A stretch of DNA of 64,000 nucleotides from Octopus sinensis (taxonomy: Eukaryota). Position numbers and translations under genes: made by a program. Of this stretch, positions 1-11,990 are shown piece after piece (the stretch's first letter is position 1; the number at the start of each line of letters is the position of its first letter). The stretch lies in the NCBI RefSeq assembly GCF_006345805.1, contig NC_043003.1, forward strand, positions 41,292,001-41,356,000, given 5' to 3'. Below the pieces are notes generated by a model, which saw only the letters and a list, made by a program, of their open reading frames with translations, was not told the origin of the DNA and searched no databases.

Positions 1-1961
1 CAAGGAAAGACAGCAGATCGATATTCAGCATAGAACCAGCTGGTTGCTACACGTGACAGTAGAAATGCGATGTAACTTGGTAATGCATGAACACTAAACA
101 AGTCTAGCAGAATCTCTTCGATGATTTGGGCACAATATGAATAAGATCTAATCCAGACGCTCTAGTTTCTAGAGAGCGTTCTCCAAACATGCAATTTTTT
201 CGTTTAAGACTGGTAGACCAACAATTTTTGAAAATATTACATTATACCGCATCGGAAAAATCTCCAGAGAAGATTGTCTTCGTTAATGTCTCTATTTCTT
301 TTCAGGCCATCGTCATTCACAGTCTTAATTAACCTTTATAGAATGCAGATATTGGCTTTCCACTCAACCAATTTTCATCCAATAAAGTGCAGTTAGCAAC
401 TGGCAACATTACTGGTGCACCATTCTCAATGAAAGAACATGTGTTCTAATATGATTAGCTTGCTTGGACAAATCACGACAGTGAAGTGCTATAGGTGTTA
501 GCCACTTCCACCCGATAGTGAGGTGATAGAATCCTTTTAGCCCATTTCGAAAATAGTAAGACTAAACAATAGTTATCAACTCTGTGTCAATTGATAGCAT
601 GGTAAATAATCAGAAAATTCGAAGATGATTTGCAAATACCGAGTAATGCTGGTTACAAAAGAAACCCGTTCATTATTCAGTACTATATTGATTCTGATTA
701 AATATCCCACCAAGATATATTTTTGTACGGCAAAAGCGCTTCTGAATTGGTCAAATGACTAATCAGGTAAAACACCTCTCATTGGAGAAGAGACTCTTTT
801 CATCTGCTTATTAGTGAGAGCGACTACTTTGCTAGCCATCTCTTGCCATTTGCTCTTATTGGAAATCCAGTCCAGTTCGAGACAAGCTCTGAGTACCTGA
901 AACGGACCCTTGGTCCTGTAACAGAAAGGTCACAGGCCGACGAAAATTAGTCGGAACAGGTGCCTAGTTGCAAGTGGAGCAACTTATCTGAATAGATTCG
1001 TGCTTCTGAGACCCTTCGTTGCGATTTCAAACCAACACGGCACTGGCCCCAAGACATTTCAGCACAAAAACGTACAAATGAGAGAAGAGTGAGTCAAAAG
1101 GGTATACTTAATAGTCTAAATGTGTGATGCGAAACAGCGCAGGCCGTTTATCTTGATTATTGAACGGATGACGTTGTACTTTGTAAAATTGCAGCCTCAG
1201 AATACAAAACAAAAAAACAGCTGCATTTAAGTGTGCCATCTGACAACAATGTTCGAATCTATCATAAGCTTTCAGCTTATCCATATTACTTAGCACCTCG
1301 TCGAATGGTCATAGATAGATCTATCGGAGATAAGACAAATTTGTTGAATTGTATATCATGTTCATGGATTTGCACTTCCATTAAATAATATCCTTTTGAT
1401 TTACTGTAAATTACGACGACTTATCACTCGCAATCATATCCTTTATTTATTCAATTATCATTGTTGTATTATGATTAGTGATATTATTCATATTAAGTCC
1501 CTTTATATTCCGAATTGGAATATCACCGTGGTCAACGTTACCGTTCATCTTTCCAGCGTCAATAAATAAAGTACTAGTTCAGAACTGGGGCCTATTTAAT
1601 CGAATGTTCCGTCTCTTTAAATAAATTTCTGGCAATATGTCTTTGTTAGAATGATTAGTGATGTTAATTGAATATTTTCTGAGATTTTATATCAGGATGA
1701 ATCCAGTTTGACAGAAATCAAAAACGTTCCTATAATCACACCCTCCTATCTTTACAACAATAAAACATCTCAAAGGATATGATACTATCACCCTCTCCCA
1801 TAAACAAAATAACAAAATAATGAATAACTACAGCAACACAATCTTGGACAACAATAACACTAACATCACGAAAAATATTTTTAATTGCACTCAAAGATAT
1901 CATGTTTGACAAACAAGCAACCACGCGAATAACGACGCAAAATAAAGAAACGACATTAATA

Positions 1962-1992
<31 letters not shown>

Positions 1993-2479
1993 CAAACCAG
2001 TAGTTCACTGACAACAACTCAAACATAAACTACAACAATAGCAAGAAGCATAAAAAATAATTCTAAATTGCTTCCGATTAATTAAAACCCCTGCTTCAGT
2101 GAAGCGTAGCGAAATCATATTACTATTATATTTTTAGTTTATTTGGTTTCAGATTCGTGGCAAAATGTTTGACACTGTCAAGGATCACCTCACAGTAATT
2201 ATTTATAATTAATAGATATAGGATTATTGATGCTTTAATTATGCCATGATGAAACTCATGTGGTACATTAATTCTACAAATTTAAGACCTTCGTTACAGA
2301 ACCTCGTGTTCGAGTTTTGATAATGCAATACGGGACCTGCGTGACTAAAGTCGTATTCAATACACCCTCAAAAATCAAAATTATGATAAATTGTGTGTTA
2401 CTTTCATGTCAACTGTTAGTTAAAGAAATAAATAACATTTAAGACAGATTCGTGTAATATATAACATTACATTATATAC

Positions 2480-2538
<59 letters not shown>

Positions 2539-4744
2539 ATATGTCCACAAAGATCGAGACTTAACTGCAGCTTGTGGTGCTCCAAATCAGATATTCAATC
2601 TATGTGGGTGTCTTTTCAATACATTGTCTGGTATAAAAGACCACATCAGACGCCATGATGTATCTAAGGTGTAAGTACAAGAGGTGGTCAAACTCTGCAT
2701 AAGGAGTAGACAACCATCATGTATACATATGATCATTGATATTTTAATTATTCAATGATAGAACACGTTTTAAATTAGTGCAACAAATTGAAGATGGTTA
2801 GTACAAAATTTTGTATCTTAACTATTTATTCAGATCATAGTACTGCATCGATTCGAATTCATGGGAAAGCATTCTGATTGTCAAAATATATAACGAACTT
2901 GCTTTTATCAAACTATTTTAAGATAGACATAGATAGATAGATAGATAGTTCACTATTTTAACTATCTGTCGCTATAGCAGCCACCGTGCCATTCATTGTC
3001 CTAATATTGTACGGTGGCACTTTCGAATATAGAGGCTCAGTCCTTAGATCATAATAATATGGAGTAGGTGGGGGTTCTCATTTTATACCCAGTCAACCAT
3101 GCTGAAATAAAGTTATGATTAAAGGCATTCCACCTTGGTCACATCTGTTTTTTAGAAGTAACGAATCTGTCTTTTGTTGTTTTTTTTAATTTTTATACGC
3201 ATTAGTTGGGGTAGAGCAGCCCACGTGGCACTTTTCCGGAACGCTTTCACTGGTGCGGTAAAGAGCCGGGCGCACCCAAGTAGAGGCTATCGATGTTAAA
3301 TCGTGTAACTTTTAAGACAGTTGAAAGAGATTTGATGATTTAGGAGACTTTGCTGGTATTTCTAGCAGATCGACGTAAAACTCCTAGATGCTCTATCATT
3401 GTCTTGCAATAATGTAGTTTGTATCTATGCACGTCTGAGTTGGTTCTGTTTTCTATTTCGACTCTTAGATCTCATGACTGAATAAACCAAACGCCTTGTT
3501 CATTCTTCTGTGTGCTTTTAGATGTCCTTCAAAAATCAAAAGGTAACAACGACTGGCAAGAAGACAATAGATGAGTGAAAAGCATTTAAAATTTTATTCA
3601 TCTCCCTTCGTTGCAGAGCTGAAGAAAGTAAAGAGGAAAAAAGAAAAAAAGCAGATAAAATGAGACGTAACAAATTTAGAAAAATCGATATTTATATGTT
3701 TTAAATGACAAGCAAATGGAATGCAATAGCAACAATGACTTAAACATAAAGTACTATGTAGTACACAAACTTTTGAAAAACATGAAATTTATAAAATTGT
3801 TTTACACACGGAACGGGGTATTCATTTGTAAAATAAAAGAGTTTTCCCGTGGTGAAGTTAGTAAATATGATATGTGACAGACGCCGTGTTGTAGTTGTTA
3901 TATGTGTGAGCAACAGAAGGGATCCTAAGATGAACATTAAAACATGACGGAGACAGACTGGTGTCGAAACATGAATAATATAGGGCTAATTGTGCGTCTA
4001 TATTTTACCGAACCACAATATCATATGCGATTCAATCAACTAAAAATATCTAATAAGCAGTGAACAGAAAAAAAATCAAATGAACAATAACGGAAAATAT
4101 CGATTAAAGAGAATATTTGTGGAATGGGATACATTTATCATATAAGGCAGTAAATGTATAAGATTTGTCCATAACCGGTTACGTTGTCTTGTCCATACGA
4201 TTTTTCGGTCAAAGAATAAGACGGTTCGTCGAGAAGGTGTTAATTTAGTAATGTTAGAAAATGGAAGTTAATACGATACAGTAAAAAGTAGCTGGAAGTA
4301 TTTTGGGAATTTCATCTCAAGACCACGACTGTCTTAATTTCGGACATGCCATTCATCTGTGGAGGTGATGAATAATATATATCTATTTGTTATGATTGGC
4401 AGACGTTCAGTTTTATGAGCAAAATACGTCAATCCTGGAAATTGCTGCGGAATGAAAGAAAGAGGAAGAAAAATTTCGTCTCGTATTTATTTATTTCATC
4501 ACTTCAATACGTTTATTCCTCAATGTCCAAGGAAGTGTGTAGCGCAGGAACGAATTAAGTTGACATGTTGCTAACTTACAATTTTTATTTTTTGCAGACT
4601 ATAAGTTGTAATTATTAGTGTTTGCATATATGTGTGAACGTATGCTTGTGTGTATTATTTGTGTATGCATATGTATATACATAATATTTACAGTGATGGC
4701 ATACTATTAACAACTTTGTATAAGTATATGTATGTATGCCTACA

Positions 4745-4817
<73 letters not shown>

Positions 4818-4832
4818 TCATATGGATACATA

Positions 4833-4971
4833 CTTTCAGTTTCCGTCTACTAAATTCACTCACAAGGTTTTGGTCGGCCCGAGGTTATAGTAGAAGATAC
4901 TTGCCCAAGGTGCTACGCAGTGGAACAGAACCAGGACACACGTGGCTGGGAAGCAAGCTTCTTACCACACA
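4833..4971 (-). mobile_element. SINE family A (tRNA-derived, CORE-like), head only
   Basis: Matches the head half of full copies at 41525, 52147 and 58476 (tttcagtttccgtctac...cttgcccaaggtg...cttaccacac); contains the reverse complement of the CORE-like ccttgggcaag motif; stops at a (TA)n tract. Confidence 0.85.
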
Positions 4972-5252
4972 CGTATATATATATACACACACACAACGAC
5001 ATATATATAAAGGTCTAGAAGTGGATAATTTAGAGTGCTGCATACATCGTGCTTCTGGGATATTAAATAATTATTATCTTTATATCTGATACGACAGTGT
5101 TTTTATATTGAACACTGAGGAGCAATATTATAGCTGATATATATATATATATATATAATATATATATATATATATAATATATATTATATATATATATACA
5201 CAACATTGAAGTATATATATATATATATATATATACAAACATTGAAGTATAT

Positions 5253-5327
<75 letters not shown>

Positions 5328-5328
5328 C

Positions 5329-5360
<32 letters not shown>

Positions 5361-5525
5361 ATATATATCTATATATATATTTTTGAGTAGTTGAATGATT
5401 ATTTCTGGAATGATTCGGTTAACCGATACCTGGGTAGCAAATTCACGTCAGAAAAACACGGTTGAAGCTACTGCCTAGGGCAGAGATCACGTACTTTCGT
5501 GTGGAATTTGTGTGCTTTTTTAAAT

Positions 5526-5605
5526 ACAAATAAATGAAAGAATGGAGTTGAACGACGAATTAACAAATTATTAATTCGTCGTTCAACTCCATTCTTTCAT
5601 TTATT

Positions 5606-5608
<3 letters not shown>
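5526..5608. repeat. Perfect 38-bp inverted repeat with 7-nt loop
   Basis: 5526-5563 (acaaataaatgaaagaatggagttgaacgacgaattaa) is the exact reverse complement of 5571-5608. Confidence 0.97.
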
Positions 5609-5654
<46 letters not shown>

Positions 5655-5659
<5 letters not shown>

Positions 5660-5873
5660 TTAATCCAACAAGAAAGCCACAAAAAAAAACACAACAACGC
5701 GAGGACTTTGAATAAATATAGTATTATTGGACGCTCAAGAAAGAAGGAAAGAATGAGGGTTTAACGTTTCGAGCGGAGCTCTTCATCGGAAACATAGGAG
5801 AAGGAAAGATCCAGAGAAGGGAAGACAGAGGAAAAAAAAATCACCAACGGTACACACGCGGTCACATTTTGAA
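5655..5873 (-). mobile_element. PLE-type terminal repeat (pLTR) fragment carrying a hammerhead-like motif
   Basis: Flanked by (TA)n on both sides; contains the hammerhead geometry at 5759-5793, same architecture as the pLTR of the GIY-YIG PLE at 49.4-50.6 kb. Confidence 0.65.
5759..5793 (-). ncRNA. Minimal type-I hammerhead-like motif, variant core CCGAUGA
   Basis: Minus strand reads GUUU-CCGAUGA-A-GAGC(UCC)GCUC-GAAAC-GUU-AAAC; stems I and II both pair. Confidence 0.6.
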
Positions 5874-5889
5874 TATATATATATATATA

Positions 5890-6055
5890 CTTCAATGTTC
5901 CAAATGAGGAGTAGATAGACAGCCGACAACTGATGAAAGGTCGTTCTTGGAGTTACTTGCCCTGTTTCCTATTTTTTCTTTCCCCGTTGTTTGCATATTT
6001 AACTCATTTATTTTCGTATTTCATGCTGTTTGGTGATGTCCTGTATCCATATATG
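5890..6055 (+). mobile_element. Probable PLE terminal-repeat fragment
   Basis: Has ctgatga with a decayed downstream half; 6028-6058 (ttggtgatgtcctgtatccatatatgc) resembles the reverse complement of the 6171/7035 repeat; bounded by (TA)n. Confidence 0.4.
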
Positions 6056-6067
6056 CATATATATATA

Positions 6068-6111
<44 letters not shown>

Positions 6112-6138
6112 GTATATAAGATATATATATATATATAT

Positions 6139-6170
<32 letters not shown>

Positions 6171-6171
<1 letters not shown>

Positions 6172-7133
6172 TAATAAATGAAATAAAACATATGCATATT
6201 ATATAACATATATGTACACCTACCTCTACATGTACATATACACGCATATATGAGTACAGGACACCAAGGGACGTCGAACACAAAGAGAAACGAAAACATA
6301 GACACAACCAAGGAACTGGACATTTTTTTAAAAACACAAAAAATGGAGTACAGGACAATTAACACAACGAAAAAAAACCCCTTTTCAGTCGCTAAGGTTT
6401 CATCTACTCTACATTTCGAAGGATAAAGCGAGACGTATCTTCGACAAGAAACTTTCCTTCCTGCGAAAAGCAAATCATTAAATTCTGAGATCTTTTCGCA
6501 GAGGGGTAAAATGGTAAAAAAAACAGGACAGTAACGACAGTACAAAAATATAAACAGTAAAAAAATAAACAGTAAAAAAATATAACCAGTAAAAAAATAT
6601 AACAGTAAAAGACAGACAGGGAAAAACAAGATAAGAAGGGCTGTGCGACCAACGAAAAAAGTATTGCAAGCGCAGAATTTTGTGAACGACAGGAGAGCAG
6701 GGAGAATGTCGTCCAGTTACCTTGAAGGCCAGCCAAAACGACAGTCAGGGCGGAAGTATCGTCGCGGGTGGACGACGGGAAGGGGGGAGGAGGAGCAAGA
6801 GGAAGGGAGAGAAGAAGGGGAAAGGCTGTGAGGAGACCATGAAGAATGGTGAGGGGAGAGAGAGAGTGAAATGAGAGTGAGAGGAAGAGACAAGTTAAGT
6901 GGGGAAAAAGAAAATCAAAGAATAGGATGGGACAGAAAGGTGAAGAGTGCGCGTGAGAGTTAATATCAAGACAAAAACTTGATATACAGAACAATCTTAC
7001 TTAAGAGGGTGCGTGCGTTTAGTCATATAATATATTAATAAATGAAATAAAACATATGCATATATATAAACATATATGTACGTACCTACCTCTACATGTA
7101 CATATACACGCATATATGAGTACAGGACACCAA
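6171..7133 (-). mobile_element. PLE-like fragment bounded by ~98-bp direct repeats
   Basis: 6171-6267 and 7035-7133 are near-identical direct repeats; the interior has a decayed hammerhead-like motif (6408-6452), a purine-rich spacer, and a segment weakly resembling a PLE endonuclease C-terminus. Confidence 0.6.
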
Positions 7134-7150
7134 ATATATATATATATGTA

Positions 7151-7185
<35 letters not shown>

Positions 7186-7193
7186 TAATATAT

Positions 7194-7243
<50 letters not shown>

Positions 7244-7245
7244 GC

Positions 7246-7295
<50 letters not shown>

Positions 7296-8750
7296 ACATA
7301 TTATTCTATTATTATTTAATTGAACGCCACGTACCCATTTCCATGGAATCAGTTCATATTCACTCGAAAATTCATAAATTGTTATGATGTTAACAATACA
7401 TCTCTGTATATATGACATATATCTATTTCAAAATGTAGAGGGAATTATAAACAAGAATACGATATGAAATGTGATATCTGATGAATTTGTTTTGAAGAGC
7501 GGACAGTTATGTACGCTATTTTTTAAAGAAATGACAAAATTTGCTCGAGTTTCATCTGATGGATTATCACAACTATCGCAGTTCGACATCAGGTAAAATC
7601 TGAGTAGACTGAAATTTTTTTTATAGAAACACAAACACAGATACAAACAGACATGGTGAAATATTTGTATATATTTTAAATGCCATTATAAAACATTTAC
7701 ATAGATATATGATTGTACGCATATAAATATATACAAATAATATCACATATATGCAAGTGTATACAAATATACATCACATACAGAGCAAATAATATATGAC
7801 ATTGTAATCGGTATTTGAAGTACAGTGGACAAGATATATTGTTTTGAAATTATAATCGTGTACTGGAATTTTATCTGAAGGACAAACAAAATTGATACTC
7901 AGATATCAAACAAAACTGTATCTGATTATCACAGAATCAACGTTAGTTACAATTGGAATCTGACTATACAGCCAAATTTGTACCAATGTGAATCGTGTGG
8001 CAAAGAGAGTTACTTGGTGAATCAACTATATCTCTTTCATGCAAAACTGTACCATATTTAGATCATTATTTGAAATGAAATGTGAGATTTCAGCTGGAAT
8101 TGGGTATCTGCATGGAAACTGTAGAATCATCCAACTCTCGATAGGACAACGTCATTAGTGACGATAATATCATTATATTAAACTTGCCAAATAACGACAG
8201 CCTCGAGGATATTATTTTGAATTTTCTACTAAGAAGACATTTTTTCTTCCAATAATTGTATACAGAATATATGAAATAATGATTCAATAAATTGAATGTT
8301 AAATGCAGAATAAGCAATTTAGTTGAATAAATAAATAAACGTATGAATAAAATAATTAAATGAAAAAGACGAAGCGTTTTCGAGATGGCCAAAGAAGAAC
8401 AAAAAATACGAAACAATAGCTTATTTAAACAAACAAGAACTTATCTGTTCAGTTCTACTTTTTTTTTTTACTGAAATTTTAACACAATTTCCAGTGAGTC
8501 TATAGATTAATTTTTTCGTTACTTTAAATGGCATTTCAATATATTACAGCATATGAATTCTAATAATTCTGAAGCTAGTAGAAATGTAAAATATACTTTA
8601 CGTACGACTCCTATTAGCCCATATGTTAATCTTTTGAGAAGTTCAGTCTATCGTCTGTAAAGATGGTCAAATATATTTATGTATATAAATATATATTATA
8701 TATATATCTATATATAATATATATTATATAGATATATTATATAATATATC

Positions 8751-8802
<52 letters not shown>

Positions 8803-8920
8803 CTATATGTATGTATGTATATATATATATTTTATATCTACATATAATGTATGTATGTAATATGTATGTATGTATATATGGATGTATGTATGTATGTATA
8901 CAGAGAGAGCGAGAGAGAGA

Positions 8921-9122
8921 GACCCTTCGATCATGAATGATCATGGGATTGCCCCTAGACGGGCACTCTCCAGGTGAGGTTGTTAATGGAAGACCAGCAG
9001 CCGCCCATGTATATTAGTCTCCTCTCTACCCGACACCCATATGATCCAAGCGAAAGACAAAGACCGATAAAGCTTGGCATCAGTGACGTCGCAACTCATT
9101 TCTACAGCTGAGCGAACTGGAG
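8921..9122 (-). mobile_element. SINE family C, body and tail, head missing
   Basis: Aligns to the copy at 23130-23426 (ggaagaccagcag...gtgacgtcgcaactcatttctacagctgag). Confidence 0.85.
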
Positions 9123-9141
9123 TAACTCTCTCTATATATGT

Positions 9142-9266
9142 GAAGGTGCACGGCTCAGTGGTTAGCGCGGCGGACTCTAGCCATGGACAGCCTTGCTCGG
9201 TCTTGCGCCTAGAAGAGGAACTTTCTAGGTGCAATCCTATGGTTATTTATGACCAAAGGTGGTCTT
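9142..9266 (+). mobile_element. SINE family C, internally deleted (tRNA head fused to tail)
   Basis: A-box-like ggctcagtggttag followed directly by tail sequence ctttctaggtgcaatcctatggttatttatgaccaaagg. Confidence 0.7.
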
Positions 9267-9634
9267 AACCTTTATGCATATGTGTGTGTATGCATGTATG
9301 TGCGTGTGTCGTGTGCGTTGTGTGTGTGTGTATGTGTGTGTGTGGGTGTGTGTGTGTGTATGTGTGGTGTGTGTGTGTGTAGCTAATTCAAATGAATGTA
9401 TAAAAATGGACAACATGAGGACGTGCACAAGAAATGTATTGGCTTGACACTCGGTGAAAAGAGAGAGTTTGATACTTCCAGCTTAGTTCTTCGTTGGAAA
9501 GGAGAAAGGGAAAAGTCCAAAGAATGAAAATAAATCGCCACACCCTAGATGAATCAGTCTTCATTTATATTGACTCTATGAAATTCAAAAACTTGTCTTC
9601 TTGTTCGATTTGACCATCTACAATTCTCTCCTAA

Positions 9635-9987
9635 TATTCTTTTATTCTTTTACTTGTTTCAGTCATTTGACTGCGGCCATGCTGGAGCACCACCCATAGA
9701 CGAAGATCGACCCTAGGACTTATTCTTTGTAAGTCTAGTACTTATTCTATCGGTCTCTTTTGCCGAACCGCTAGGTTACGGGTACATAAACACACCACCA
9801 TCGGTTGTCAAGTGATGTTAGGGGGACAGACACAGACACACAAACATATAGACACACACACACACATACGCACTCACTCACACACGCACATATATATATA
9901 CGACGGGCTTCTTTCAGTTTCCGTCTACCAAATCCACTCAAAAGGATTTGGTCAGCTCGAAGTTATAGTAGAAGACACTTGTCCAAA
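9635..9987 (-). mobile_element. SINE family A, 5'-truncated
   Basis: Tail (cttgtttcagtcatttgactgcggccatgctggagcacc), internal CA/TA microsatellite, and body up to gaagacacttgtccaa. Confidence 0.9.
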
Positions 9988-10029
9988 TTTATACAAATTC
10001 TGTGATATTGTATTATAATATTTATTGCT

Positions 10030-10611
10030 TCTTTTCCACTCTAGGCACAAGGCCCGAAATTTTTGGAGAGGGGCCAGTAGATTAGATCGAGTCCAGTACG
10101 CAACTGATACTTAATTTATCGACCCCCAAAAAGATGAAAGGCAAAGTCGACCTCGGCGGAATTTGAACGCAGAACGTAAAAACAGACGAAATACCTATTT
10201 CTTTACTACCCACAAGTGGCTAAGCATAGAGAGGACAAACAAGGACAGACAAACAGATTAAGTCGATTATATCGACCCAGTACGTAACTGATACTTATTA
10301 AATCGACCCCGAAAGGATGAAAGGCAAAGTCGACCTCGGCGGAATTTGAACTCAGAACGTAGCTGCAGACGAAATACCTATTTCTTTACTACCCACAAGG
10401 GGCTAAACACAGAGGGGACGAACAAGGACAGACAAACGGAATAAGTCGATTACTTCAACCCCAGTGCGTAACTGGTACTTAATTTATCGACCCTGAAAGG
10501 ATGAAAGGCAAAGTCGACGTCGGCGGAATTTGAACTCAGAACGTAACGGCAGACGAAATACGGCTACGCATTTCACCCGACGTGCTAACGTTTCTGTTAG
10601 CTCGCCGCCTT
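10030..10611 (-). mobile_element. SINE family B multimer (one head plus three ~184-bp units)
   Basis: gcaaagtcgacctcggcggaatttgaac recurs at 10141, 10324 and 10508; single head at ~10560-10611; terminal tail ctaggcacaaggcccgaaattt. Confidence 0.9.
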
Positions 10612-11559
10612 ATTGTGGCATGATATTGAGACAGAAATAGGGCGGAGAGTGTCATCACCACTTATAGGTTTCATACTTAAGAGTATCAAACAAAACCAAC
10701 ATGACGAAGGCTCATGCATTCTGGCTTTATCATCTGTTGAACTCGCAGCTGAGATAAAGCTTGGCACATTTCCTTTGCTACTCGACCTGCTGGAAACAAC
10801 AGCTGGATCTTCCTCGACTTACAGTGTACTGTGAGATATTTTTTTATGGAAGGAGAAACTGGATGATGTTATCAATTGAATGAACCCCTCCCCGCAAAGA
10901 AAAAGAAAACAAACGATAGAAAACAAAAAAAAAACGGTGTTCTTTCCGCTGTAATGCCTTTGTTCATAGTAGTACTACTACATTCGAACTCACATACATT
11001 TATAAAACAAAATAAGGATATATTTGGAGTTGTCCATCATTCTTTTTAGTGTGAAGGAAACTATCAATAAAAATAAAAAAAGATATGAAAAGAAAGAAAT
11101 GCTTCCGAAATTTTGAACTTGTTGATGTGCTGACATTTTCATGAGACTTGGTGGCTTTTATTCCTGCAAAACAAGATTTCAAGACAGAAGGGAAAGTATA
11201 GCAAAACCAAGAGAGAATAAAAGAGTAGAATTAAGACAGGAAGAAAGAATGAGGCGTTAATATATTTGAAAATGAACGCGATTACGATGATGACTGAGAC
11301 ACCAGGTAGCTATGAATGTGTATGTGAGCGTGTATGTCTGTGCGAGTGTATGCATGTGTGTGTATGTGTATGTCAAATATTCTTGTGTGTGTATACGTGA
11401 GTGTCAGCCTTTGGTGATGTTTGGTGTGAGAGTGTACTGTTGAGTATCACTTTCTGTACTGACATATGGTAGTGGAAAGATGGTGGTGGGGGTGGCAGTG
11501 GCGGTGTTGTTATGGTTGTGGTTGAGTGAGTGGTAGTGGAGTTGATCGCAATGAAGCAG

Positions 11560-11990
11560 CGGAGGGTGCGGTGTTTGGTGTTAGAAACGGACAAGGTGCG
11601 ACAATAAAGACAGCTGATTGGCAGGCAGCAGACGGCTAACAGGCTGGCCGGCTGGCCGGCTGGCCGGCTGGTTAAACAGTTCATTTGCTGGCTGACTGGC
11701 TGGTGGCTGGTTACACAGCTGACCCTTCTTGTTCGACGACCTAATCAGACGGACAGTTAGATATTAGTTAGATGAATGCCCCACTGAAAGTGATGACAAG
11801 AGAGGTCAAGGCGCGGGGATACAATTATAACAGGAGACAGCTGGAGTTTGTTGTTGCTGTTGTTCGTTTTCTTCATGTTGACGTCCTCATCCCCTTCATT
11901 CTTTTTTTTTTTTCTAATTCGTTCGGTGATTATATGTGAGAATTTTACATATTTCTTTGTTGATGTGGAGGCTTCCTGGTATGTTTCTTA
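11560..11990 (+). promoter_or_regulatory. Candidate promoter/enhancer or 5' exon island
   Basis: Unique, GC-richer sequence with CAGCTG E-boxes at 11611, 11716 and 11838, ATTGG at 11617, a (CCGGCTGG)n tract, and a CTG|GTATGT donor at 11979. Motif inference only. Confidence 0.3.

Noticed and set aside
300-1300. Possible MULE (SWIM-like DGTLKCSC, Ulp1-like LLDENWLSGKPI) or Gypsy RT remnant on minus
   Set aside because: Motifs are short, in different frames and mutually inconsistent; not distinguishable from chance without an HMM search.
3617-3666. Plus-strand acceptor followed by a Lys/Glu-rich segment; similar lone acceptors at 4598 and 24692
   Set aside because: No convincing donor or partner exons; A-rich sequence naturally reads as K/E.
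3925-3975. Hammerhead-like gaca..tgtc-gaaac
   Set aside because: Core reads AUGACGG and there is no NUH site; too decayed to call.
7960-8060. C2H2-like YQCESCGK...H....H
   Set aside because: Wrong spacing (13 residues), single finger, no linker, no exon structure.
8090-8150. Kinase-like GIGYLHGNCRII
   Set aside because: Lacks the following HRD/HTD motif and hits a stop within 10 codons.
10085-10560. CRISPR-like repeat/spacer periodicity
   Set aside because: The intervening sequences are themselves repeated SINE units, the context is eukaryotic, and no cas genes are present.
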